64,000 nt of DNA from NCBI RefSeq assembly GCF_027921745.1, contig NC_079238.1, positions 1,860,001 to 1,924,000 of the forward strand, read 5' to 3'. The DNA is from Schizosaccharomyces osmophilus (lineage: Eukaryota). Each line of letters starts with the position of its first letter. Position 1 is the stretch's first letter. Both the position numbers and the translations under genes were made by a program. Positions 25,858 through 37,199 of the stretch are shown piece by piece. Below the pieces are notes generated by a model, which was given only the letters and a program-made list of their open reading frames with translations, was not told where the DNA came from and did no database searches.

Positions 25858-27853
25858 AACTCTCTATCTTTTTTAAGCTATCTATACTATTCATAAGTTA
25901 CTTTAATAGTATACGGGGTTTGTGTTACACATACGTTTGTCATTGAATTGAATCCAAACAAAGTAATACGAAATGGCGTTCATCTTCCTTCATCATAAGA
26001 ATGATGAAATTTTTTTTTTTTTTTTTTAAAAAAAAATAATGAAAATTAATGATTGAAACCACTGCACGCTACGCTGAACACTGAATCGGGTAACGTTTGT
26101 TTCTTTATTTATTGACTACAAAAGCATAAACATTATGTATAATTTTTAAGGTAAAGTTTTTGTTGCTACCTCTACCTCTACCTCTACCTCTACCTCTACC
26201 GAAACAAATAACTCACTTGAGCATCCACATACTTGGCTGGCTGTTTATATAACTCATATCCTCCTCCTACGTTTTTACAATGTTTATCACATAATTCTAG
26301 CTCGTCGTCCATCTTGCACTCAATAAGCTTAATGTCCCTTCTCGTAAGAATGGTATCATGAGACAAAATCACTAAAAGAAATCTTTTCCAAATGCTACTT
26401 TACAATGAAATCCTTCCATTGCAACATGAATTGAAAACAGAAACTCGAAAACCTGTAATATGAGGCTGATCTGTAACTTTTGGCTCGCAAAAATGAACGC
26501 CGGAAAGACATAATACATATCAGCATGATTTCCCATCAAATGATGGTTATTTTGGGGTAAAGACGAGTTTTGTGTGTCAATCGCCTTTTTGGTTTTAAGG
26601 TAGCTAGCTCACTAGATTGTACATATCTTCTCTAACTACCAGCAAATGTAGTGTTCAAATCTATACAAAAGCTGCACGTATTATCAGTAGCTAACTTCAA
26701 ATTCGTTTCAAAAAGTACTCACATTCATGGAATAAATTATATTTACTTGCAAGTGGCTTTTTGTAACTACACCTTTCCAAATGGTAACCTCCAAAAACAC
26801 ATATACTCATATTTTCTTTGTCTCCGACATCAGTTGCAGCAAGTCATATTCTCTATATGTACCATGCTGTGCCGGTTCACTTTCCAATCAATCTTCCCAA
26901 CTAATAATACTTGCATTACAAACTAATAACATTTGGGGAGGAGGAGGCAGAATCAATTCCTTAAACTTTGTTATGTCATACGTTAAAAACATGAAAGAAA
27001 AGAAAAGAAAATAAACAAATAAATAATAGTAGTAGAAAATTTAGCTTAGCTTCTACTAATGAATCGTCGATATTCATTTTGTTGACTGTTTCGGATCAAA
27101 TGTAGACATATAAAATAAATCAATCAAATGGCGTTTACTATTATTGCCTTGAAGCGTATACGCTATAAGTGATGCTTAGTAGTAAATTCATCTTTTTAAA
27201 AACGTAACTAACCTCGGTTATTTTGCACTTATTGTGGGACCTGTTCGTTTGTTTTTTACCGAAATATAGTTAGAAGTTCGATTTAATCGTTCGTAGCACG
27301 GCCATGGGCGTGAAGTTGATAGCACTCGATACTTTGATACGATACGATACGATACGATACGATACGATACAATACAATACAATCAAGCCCACCCACCTAC
27401 CCACCTGTCAAGTCATTTCTATAGCTAATTGATTGTTTGCATGATAACGAATTGATAATCTTTGCAAATATAAGGGCGACAAGGTGTACGCGTATTTGGA
27501 GAGTTAGAGACTTGACTCGACGTTGTGACAAATACTTCTTCTGTAGTCATGCAAGTGTATTGAAGAGAAAATAATGGAAAGTGCAATATGAAACTACACA
27601 AATAGAATTCCAATTCAGGGCTTTAAAAGTTGTAACGGATAGAGACAACAATATTTTTACTTATAATCTATAATCACAATAAAGGTATATTTCTTTTCAA
27701 TCTTCGCTGTGCTTGCTTATTGTTTGTTAAGAAAAAATGACCCAAGGGCTGATAAAATTTAACCTTTTTAATTGCTCCTAATTCTTATGTACACCAGTTA
27801 TAGTCTTTACCCATACACCAAAAAAAAGTTATATGGTATGGATCTTGATGTCA

Positions 27854-27888
<35 letters not shown>

Positions 27889-28049
27889 GTAATAAAAAAG
27901 TTTAATAAAAAAGGGTTGGAGCTCTTGACGATAGACTACAAAATTTTATTCCACAGCGTAACAAAGAGCTTGTTTATTTTATTTGTTTTATAGTAATATA
28001 TGTGCGAGAAATCTTTAACGTAAGGTCAGGCCAGTCTGCACAGCACGAT

Positions 28050-28390
28050 GTTATGAAAGGCTACATACGCATTGGTTGCAAAAACTTCTATGAAAGAAAA
28101 AGGATGATTCGCTAAAAATAGCAAATTTTTCAAATTAGAAGGAAGTCGCTATAATAAAGTATAGCTTAAAAGATTACGAATGCTACGATGCAATGTTTGA
28201 AGCGATGGATACTTAAATCCTTCATTGTTTTAAGAGCTGAAAATGAGCTTCCCTCTTTTTTGGATATCGCTCGAGTTACACCGTAAATCGCATATTTAGA
28301 TGAAAAAGCTTTCAGCCCACAAAATAAAAAACATATACAAGGAGGAAGAAAAATAAGTAGTACTAGTATTTATAGGCTTTATAATAAGAT
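28050..28390 (+). mobile_element. Degenerate gypsy RNase H fragment
   Basis: KFSN*KEVAIIKYSLKDYECY and HI*MKKLSAH...HIQG (cf. NYS..EKE.LAI..SLK.F..Y and RW...LS.Y...HI.G). Confidence 0.45.
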
Positions 28391-28535
28391 ACTAGTTGTG
28401 TCAAATAGTGTTTGTCGTTTATCAATAAAAAAAATTTACAGAAAACTTACTTTCAATGTTCAAATAATTTACTTTAATAAATTAAGATAAAAGATTTGGC
28501 TTAATTTAGATATTAGTTTTCAACAAATCAAAATA

Positions 28536-28608
28536 GGGTGTGTAGCCTAATGGTTAGGGCGTTGGTTTTCGGCACCAAAGATTGCAGGTTCGAGTCCTGT
28601 CACACTCG
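28536..28608 (+). tRNA. tRNA-Arg(TCG)
   Basis: 73-nt cloverleaf, anticodon arm TTGGT-TT-TCG-GC-ACCAA. Confidence 0.94.
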
Positions 28609-28829
28609 ATTGCTTTTTTTAGTTCCTCTAGTCGACGATTTTCACTCCACATGCCTTTCCAAAAAGAATGACCTAAAAAGAAATTGAAATTGGGCATACA
28701 CCTAATTATGCCTATCAACCCGAGAGCGATGAACAATTTCTAGACTGCTCTTTTTTGTTATGGTCAAAAGGAGGTCCGTTATGTTCTACTAATCAACTGT
28801 AATATTGGAATGCTTAAAATAATTCTCGT

Positions 28830-29149
28830 TGTCACAAACTGTCAAGGCCGAGATATTGTATTATAATCATACAAGAGAGTTCGTATAATCTTATTAGAAA
28901 AGGAACAATGTTACCTCGTAGAGGATATAAATATACCAAACTTGAAAAGTACGAATCTTCAGATAGGAAGATTCGACGGATCTGGCCTAATAAAATTAGT
29001 GTCGTTTATTAAGCTAATCTAGTCAGTGGACTCTGAAAATACTTTTAGTTAACTAAGTAGAGCCCCATATATACAAATACAGCTTTCTACAACCCTTAAA
29101 TCATACACTCAGCACTATAATTATACAGCGTAAAATTTCGGCTGTGACA
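28830..29149 (-). mobile_element. Older degenerate solo LTR
   Basis: TGTCACA...TGTGACA ends; internal AATCTTCAGATAGGAAGATTCGAC block shared with the neighbouring LTR; no TSD seen. Confidence 0.5.
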
Positions 29150-29166
29150 TAATGAACATTGGCATC

Positions 29167-29559
29167 TGTCATAACTGGTATACGATATTACTAATATTTT
29201 GATATTATTATTGTATAACAATAAGGATTCATGAAAGTAATGAATAAACAAAGAAACTCTTGAAACAAAGAGTTGAAAGAAGACAAAGAAAATACTATTA
29301 GACAAAGACTTTGTTACAAATTATAAAAAATGAAAATTACCTGGCAAATCTTCAGATTGGAAGATTTGACTGATCTAGCTAAATAAAATTGTTCATACAA
29401 CTTACTTAGTGAATCAGATCCCTGGAAGCTGTTACTATTCTTCTATAGTACAAAAGTATCCAATTTAAAAGTCAAACATACAATTTTATGAATTGTTATT
29501 ACTTACATCTTTTCCACTGAATACTTATTCTCATAACAAGTGAGATTCGTCCTGTGACA
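29167..29559 (-). mobile_element. Solo LTR, 393 bp, TSD GCATC
   Basis: TGTCA...TGACA termini with GCATC on both sides (29162-29166, 29560-29564); orientation inferred. Confidence 0.9.
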
Positions 29560-30549
29560 GCATCGCTAATACAATAGCGGTTTTGGATCAGTTTATGATA
29601 TATAATGACATCGTCCCTAATAACTCGCTCAAATTCCATTTACAAGAGTAACCTAAATGATTAGTTAATAAACATTAAGTAAATCCTATAGTGCTTTCCA
29701 CTCAACCGCTTTATAGCTACTATCAAACTAAGGCTGATCTTCCTAAAGTTTCAATTATTGTAAATACCGTCAAAAAAAGTTTATCTGCAAGGAATTGTTT
29801 TTAAACAAATTTTTTCGAATCAGCGTAGCAACCATAAGATCTTCACGATTTTGCAGTGAAATCGGAAGCAAATTTTATAGCCTTTTCACATGTAATTAAA
29901 GTACGGAAACATTACAATTTTTAGTTGTATAAAGTTAGAACAAGATTGTGTGCATCTTATCGAAATAAAAGTCTTAGAATACACGCCGGAACGCTTACCA
30001 TTTGTACTACTTATTACACTATTCATATGATGATTGTGTCATTATTTCTTTTATGCGTTGTAATGGCTTTTGTTGTAAATGATTCAGTAATGCTTAACTG
30101 TAAAAGCAAAATACTCCGTAAAACATGACAAAGTAAGTGAAATACAACCGTAATTTTGTTCTTAGCCTTAAGTTGTAGTATTAACTTAGTAATCGAATAT
30201 CAAGAGATATATATGTATAGCGTAACTACCTGGTGATACTTATGAATGTTATCGAAAAAGTGTAAAACTTGCTAAATTAAAAATTTGTCTGAGTACGATA
30301 CTTATACAGTTAATTTAATTTAAGAAATATAACAAAGCATTGATGTTCGAAAACACTTCAATGAATGCTTCTTTATTAGATAAATCGATCTGTTTCCTTT
30401 GTTACCGTCAATTTACAGTACTATGTTCGATAGTATCATCACTCTAAAATCATTTAAAGTAATATCCAATTTCGTCCGTACTCCACCTTTGGGATAGTTC
30501 TTAACATCCAGCTATTATGTGAGGCTCATAAAGCCGAGAGCCAAAAATT

Positions 30550-30621
30550 GGGCTGTTCTGGGAATCGAACCCAGGACCACCATCACCCTAAGATGGTATC
30601 ATACCACTAGACCAAACGGCC
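30550..30621 (-). tRNA. tRNA-Pro(AGG)
   Basis: 72-nt cloverleaf, anticodon AGG. Confidence 0.96.
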
Positions 30622-30655
30622 GAATTGTTTAGCATTATTATAGGCTATATGTAAC

Positions 30656-31050
30656 TGTCACAGGATGAATCTCACTTGTTATGAGAATAAGTATTCAGTG
30701 GAAAAGATGTAAGTAATAACAATTCATAAAATTGTATGTTTGACTTATAGATTGGATGCGTTTGTACTATAGAAAAATAGTAATAGCTTCCAGGGATCTG
30801 ATTCACTAAGTAAGTTTTATGAACAATTTTATTTAGCTAGATCAGTCAAATCTTCCAATCTGAAGATTTGAGCTCTCAGCAGAGGTATATATATCTATCT
30901 AGGATTAGTCAGCTTCTAGATAACTTTAGTTCTAGATTTATAAAAATTTTTAATCGCAAAAATGAACATTTAGTTTTGTAATAACGTATTTGATAATACA
31001 ATACATTTATTGTATCAAGATATTAGTAATATCGTATACCAGTTATGACA
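30656..31050 (+). mobile_element. Solo LTR, 395 bp, TSD GTAAC
   Basis: TGTCA...TGACA termini with GTAAC on both sides (30651-30655, 31051-31055); inverted homology to 29167-29559; TATA-like tract at ~30886. Confidence 0.9.
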
Positions 31051-31079
31051 GTAACCTTATAAAAATAACCTTCAAGATG

Positions 31080-32120
31080 ACGATTTTATTTTTTGTGCCA
31101 AATCCGTGTTTTGACTGCTCCTACCAAAACTATGTATCAACGAAATGGCTTAGTTAAACGTTTTAATTGGAAATTTTATAGAAGCGTTGAGTTACTCGTG
31201 TTAAATTCGTTGCACTGTCGACAATTTTAAAAACCAATGGAAGAATGGAGATTTATTGTACCAGAAAACGAATACGAAACAAGCAACTGTACCAAAAAAA
31301 AAAGAGCATTAAAAAAAGACAAGTTAAAAAGTTTGCTATGGGCAAAATAAAAAAACTACAGGAACGAGTTATGGATTTTTTTTTTTTTTTTTTTCTGAAA
31401 AATTGTAATTATACATTAAAAACAAAAAGTTACGTAAGTTAATTGATGCGTTGACAGATAGATAAATCTCAAAATTTGCATCAAAAAACTTTAAGACTCG
31501 GTAAGAGGGCAGTGTTTCCACTGATCCGCTCAATCGTGAGTATATTGTATTTACGAAACTGCATCGTAACATTATAACGATTATTGAGTGGTTGCTATAT
31601 GCTCATATTTCCGTACATTGACGAATAAACTGTAGCCAGATAGGAGATAATATAGAATGTTAATAACTGAAAAGGAATACGGAAGCTATAATAGCTCCAT
31701 AAGATGCGAACAAAAAGCCACAAATACTATCAGGCATGCCAATTAAGGTTTAGAAAGCTAGTTTGAAGGAACCGAATAAAACATGACTTATAGTCTGATT
31801 GAAACGTGTAGATGTTCTAGCCACATTGCATTCTCCTTCTGTTCTTCATTCAGTCAAACATAAGTGAGCTTAAATATTCTACACGTTTGTACGGTAAATT
31901 TCGAATAATGTATGTAGTCTTATAAGCACATATTTGCTTTCACTTAATGCATACATACTTAATATCTCACGAAAATTGTGGTCATGACAATATATGAGCC
32001 TACGGCTATTAGAAATAAACATTTTGCTGTGTAAAGGAAGCCAGTGTGAAATTCTGCAGAATAAATAATATTAATTTATTACAATCTCAAAACTGAATCA
32101 ATATAAACTCGCGAACAAGA
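31080..32120 (+). mobile_element. Fossil gypsy RNaseH-integrase
   Basis: FDCS...WLS*; MEEWRF; FLKNCNYTLK; IDALT; AHISVH; *KGIRK (31668; Tf2 has WKGIRK); YQACQL; KFCRINNINLLQS, all in order. Confidence 0.65.
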
Positions 32121-32403
32121 GGCCGCACAAGATTATATTATTATATTATATATATGGAAATTTACAAATGGTCATGAGATGTTTTGCGCAACATCCCGAG
32201 GTGTACGATGACTATATGAGACTAGAAAAGAAGATGAACGTACACTCACGGGGCGGTTGTTATCTATTGTTTTCATATTCCGTTTCGCTGTTGCATGTTT
32301 TAGAACGAACTTATTCATTTAGCTAATAGAAGGGTAAAGAAAAGCAAAACAAAATGGAATGAAACAAGAAAAGAAAAGAAAGCAAAAAAAGGCAAAAAGA
32401 AAT

Positions 32404-32476
32404 TGACCCCGCCAGGAGTCGAACCTGGAATCTCCTGATCCGTAGTCAGGCGCCTTGACCATTGGGCCACGAGGCC
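32404..32476 (-). tRNA. tRNA-Arg(ACG)
   Basis: 73-nt cloverleaf, anticodon ACG. Confidence 0.97.
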
Positions 32477-32995
32477 TCTTGATTGATTACTTGTCTACCT
32501 AAATTTTTTTCATGCTTTTGTTGAATGTTTGTAACGTTTACTACATACTACATACTACATACTACATACTACATAGTATGATTGTCATGTCCCATGTCCA
32601 ACCAAGCATCCGCTCGTTTCCCTGACAAGCTAGTTATTAATATATATATATTCATATCTCCTACTTTTCTCTGCTATCAATTCCTTCCCCCATATTGAGC
32701 TATTTTTGATACGAGCGATTAATGATATATATATATATATATATATTTTCTGAGATTTTTTTTTTTTTATTTCATTTAGCTAATTTAGCTCGCTTTAGCA
32801 TTACTGATTGTTTTCGTTCGACGGATGTGTAGTTTGCGGTTGCTACTATGAATTTATCGTTTATTTTTTATGCTAAAATTTATAAAATCATATGCAGAGT
32901 GTTTTATTTTAATCTCTTTCTTTCGCTTTGCTTTGCATTGCTGACAGACATCCATACTTGCATGCATGTATATTAGATATAGATATAAATATAGA

Positions 32996-33148
<153 letters not shown>

Positions 33149-33216
33149 TGTAGAAAAGTAACACAGTTATTACAGAACAGATTAGATTACACTAACATAA
33201 AGTGCTTGTAACAAAT

Positions 33217-33290
33217 GGTCGCATGATGTAGTTGGTTATCATGTCGATCTAATAAGTCGAATGTCGCCAGTTCGAGCCTGGCTGTGACCA
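33217..33290 (+). tRNA. tRNA-Ile(AAT)
   Basis: 74-nt cloverleaf, anticodon AAT. Confidence 0.96.
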
Positions 33291-33584
33291 TTAATTTTTT
33301 CGTTTCTTTTTATTTTTTTATTTTTTTTATTTTTCTTATTTTTTTTATTTGGTCTTTGATTGAATTATTTGTTGATCTTTTGTAGATCTTTTGTTGAAGC
33401 AATGTCTTTTTATTGCATAGTGCCAACATAGTGTAAAACACTCTTCATGTTCAACCCAGTGAGCGCAATATATAAAATTTATAACAAACCAAAATTGTAA
33501 CACTGGAACAAGAGCAAAAAAAAGCAAAATAGTGAAACAATGAAATAACGACAAAACGGAAAAAAAAGAAAAATAAGAAAAACT

Positions 33585-33658
33585 TGGACAAGCCAGAACT
33601 CGAATCTGGGACCTCTTCCATGCTAAGGAAGCGTGATAACCATCTACACCACATGCCC
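33585..33658 (-). tRNA. tRNA-Ala(AGC)
   Basis: GGGCATG...TTGTCCA, anticodon AGC. Confidence 0.96.
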
Positions 33659-34205
33659 TTGGTTGATAACATTAGGATAAATAAAATATATTAAAGCAAG
33701 TAAAATAAAGAATGAAGTTTTATCACTTGTTCCTTTGCAAAGTACTCATACGTATATTCAATTCATTCATCTTTCTATATCATATTATATGTATTGGTTC
33801 TCACACGATACGCAGAAGCAGAAGCAGAAGCAAAAAAGTATTGCATTATTGTTATTGCCATCGTTATTAGCTGTTTAGTTATTTATTTTGAAATTGAAAT
33901 TGACATTGAAATTGAACTGAATTTTGATTGTTGATTGTTGATTGTTAAATGTTGAATACTGAATATTGAATATTGAGAACGGCCTAGCAAAGAAATAATA
34001 TTAATAGAAAAGCAACGAAATTAATACATTGTATTCGTACATAGGTAATGAACAAACACTGATTGAGACAATCAGAGAAATACATAACCACAGAAACTGC
34101 TTCAGTATGAGTGTCTGTCTCCTTTGCCTTTGCAGGAAACCTTGGGAGCGAAATGCCCTTACTATCTAAGTTGTAAACGTAAAGAACAGGAAGTCCTTCA
34201 ACGAA

Positions 34206-34288
34206 GGCCGTGTGGTTTAGATGGTTATAATTTCTGCTTAACATTTAATGTTCGCAGACGGTCCCAAGTTCGAGTCTTGGCACGGTCA
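34206..34288 (+). tRNA. tRNA-Val(AAC), intron-containing
   Basis: As 18322 copy; intron variant TTTAATGTT. Confidence 0.96.
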
Positions 34289-34645
34289 TAGCCTTCACTT
34301 TTTTCAACTTTTCTTTTTTTTTAGAACCATCCAATGGATGATGAATGTTTATTTTTTTTTCTACATCTATGCTATTATCCTATTCATTGTTGATGGTTTC
34401 ATTTAGTTTGCTTAGTGTCAGTTTACTAGCAATTTTTTGTCTCATTTCACCTGATAGCATGCATCATCATCATCTACTTGCACTTAATGAATATGACTCT
34501 GAGTGAACAGTCAAATATGAAGAAAACCATGTACAAAGCAGTATTAGAAACGCAAAATCGAATGGCGTTCTCAACTGCAAGGAAGAACCCGAGTATGAGG
34601 AAAAAACGAAATACCAAAAAATAATAAACGCAAAAAGTTTAGTCA

Positions 34646-34716
34646 CTCTCCCTCCGGGATTCGAACCCGGGCTGCCAGCGTGACAGGCTGGTGTACTACC
34701 CCTATACTAAGGAAGA
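34646..34716 (-). tRNA. tRNA-Asp(GTC)
   Basis: Identical to 17880 copy. Confidence 0.97.
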
Positions 34717-34869
34717 TTTGCTTATTTATCGTTAAAAGTTAATTAATATATTGCTGTAAACTATTAATCAATTGATTAAAAGCTTGTTTACATCATTTGT
34801 CTACCTCTGTTGTTAAATATTCAAACTAAGAAAAACGAAAAACATTGGAAACTATTAACACAATTTCAG

Positions 34870-35610
34870 GAGAAAATGTTGAAAACTTAAACCTTTTACG
34901 AAACATTCGTAGTATTGACAAACCTAGAGAATTATCATCTGTAACTACTTTTACACTTATACACAGCTTTTAGCTGCTTAAGCCATATTGGATATATTGA
35001 GATTAATACACTAGAAAATATTGGCACCTATATATGTATGGAAAGAATAAAATCCAATTCGCATTATAGTATCAATAATACCAAGAATAAACTTGGTTAG
35101 TCCTAATGTATCACTTCAACTTGTTCTTCTTTCACCTTTACAAGTTCATCAATTAATTCATTGATATGTCAATACGATTTTGCGCTATATCTTCTCGTAA
35201 TTAAGAGGCATCTGCTCCGGAATCTATTAGAAAGATTAAACATTGAAATCATTTGTTTCAATTAATGAAATTTAGAGCGTCCGTCCTTCCTAAGTATTGA
35301 TGAAGTATCCCGTATTTATTTTTTACAGCAACGATCCTCGTTTTTCGTGTGGGGATAACGATCTTTTAGTTATTCTGACCTTATGAACTTTGTTTGGTTA
35401 TCATTATATCTCTTTATTATTCCTTCTTCCTTTCTTGGGGTTTCTCCTTGAAAAGCTTTATTAATGGAAATAGCCGATATGTGCGTTTTTGTGACGAAAT
35501 TTGTTTTTCTTTATTTCTAATGCTTTTTCATAGTCCACGTTTATTAAATTATTTCGAAGAAGTTCTTTTATGGCAACGTACTTATGTGGGACAAAGATGA
35601 ACTATAAAAT
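34870..35610 (-). mobile_element. Fossil LTR retroelement with Ty1/copia-like gag-protease-integrase motifs
   Basis: PHKYVAIKELL; CKK..GYF (decayed CCHC); FLIDSGA (35213-35233); I*VPIFSSVLISI (~35030); VTDD-FSRFV and KV*VFNIF (~34872-34945). Confidence 0.6.
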
Positions 35611-36373
35611 CTCCCTTCATTCATTTCCTGCCTCGCGAAATACGGAATATTTTTAACAAAACATTCGGCTAGAATGAGCACCGGAGAAAGAAGCTTATGC
35701 AAATATAATAACTTTTCGCAAATGGTACAATTTTTTAGCAGCTACTGACGAGTCGTTTAAAACATGACTAATAAGAAAAATTAAAAAATAAATAAATAAA
35801 TAAGACGTGAAACCACAAATATACAACCATTACCAAAATCGGAAACTGTTTTCATTCATTTTTCGATTGATTTATTCATCGTCTTTGTCGTCATTCCACA
35901 GGCTAAGTGTTAACGGGTTTACAGAAAACATTACAATTGTAATTTCTATAATTTCATGACTTGAAGACGATAATTGAATCTAGTAGCTTCAGTATTGTAT
36001 TCGTTAAAAATGGAGCCACGTAGCTAAACTCTTTGCCTCTTCAAAGGTTGCAACCATCTTTTCCGGTTTATGTCATATTCTATATAATGTTTGACTTGAT
36101 TCCATTTTTGGGGGATGATTAAATATAACAATAAGGGTCAACAAAAGTTAAAAACTCATTATAAAACAGCTTTTACCATTTCCATTGGAAAGGTTGTTAA
36201 TTTCTGTCAGTTATAAAGGTCAACTTATTCACTGTTTGTAAAACGTAGGAATACAAACAAACCATTGTTGATATCAGAGGTTATCAACAAAAAAGTAATA
36301 TTAAACAGAATCTTTTAAAAACCTAATATTCAATTGTGTACGATACTGAAATTTAAGCAGTGCAAAAACTTAA

Positions 36374-36452
36374 TGAAAGGGGTGGGACTCGAACCCACGA
36401 GCTTTCGCACTAGTGCCTTAAACTAGCTCCATAACCACTCGGACACCCTTCC
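36374..36452 (-). tRNA. tRNA-Leu(AAG)
   Basis: 79-nt cloverleaf with variable arm, anticodon AAG. Confidence 0.96.
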
Positions 36453-36681
36453 GTTCGTTGATGGCTTATTTTTGTAAAATAATCTATAATTTATAAACAT
36501 TCGTTCTATAGACCCCTCCAATCTGTAATTGGCATGGCACATGATTCCGTTCATCGTATTCTTACTTCGGCACGTACTACTGCTTTGCACAAATTTCTGC
36601 TTGTATGATGCAGTGGTTAATGCTATATTTGAAGAAAAATCATAACACTGTATTTGAGAGAGAAGGGAAAAAAGAAAAGTT

Positions 36682-36753
36682 TTCCGTTGCGGGGAGTCGA
36701 ACCCCGGCCGCGTCGGTGAAAGCGACGAATCCTAGCCGTTGGACCACAACGGA
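36682..36753 (-). tRNA. tRNA-Glu(TTC)
   Basis: Identical to 14956 copy. Confidence 0.97.
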
Positions 36754-37199
36754 TTGATTAGTCAAACTGTGACTAAAAGTATATAGATTTTATTTTTTGA
36801 TTAGAGTATCAAGCCCGGTCTCTTCGTACTGTATAGTATACATGTATTGGCTATACAAATATACGTATTATAAAAACGAGAACTTTCACTCATCACGATT
36901 TCATTTTGTATCTGTCACATCATAAGACTGATTTTCTAATTCTTACGAACAAAGTAATCGCTCACTTGATAGTAATTGTCCGGAAGATTTCTTCAATAAA
37001 ATTTATTCTTTTTTTTTTTTTTTTTTAAAAAAAAACCCTGTTACTATGGTTTCCAGAATATTTTTGTATTTGTAGCAATGTCATGTTTTGATACCGTTGG
37101 ATGCTAAAAGACTTAAACTTAAGGGCAATAAAAGTAACATTTGAATATTGTAAAAGACGATAAAAATGTAGTGTACTTAAGCTATTTACCGTTTGATTG

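Larger units (their letters stand above)
21747..27453. repeat. 5S-associated tandem repeat (FSAR-type), ~2 kb unit, ~2.9 copies
   Basis: 5S-to-5S spacing of 2008 and 1984 bp; units appear identical except for (TCTACC)n copy number. Confidence 0.97.

Noticed and set aside
22671..27014. Repeated 91-aa and 77-aa ORFs in each 5S unit
   Set aside because: Repetition only reflects the DNA repeat; no domain, and no resemblance to hsp16 or wtf genes known near 5S in this clade
29950..30520. Weak integrase-like reading on the minus strand
   Set aside because: Motifs too degenerate to support
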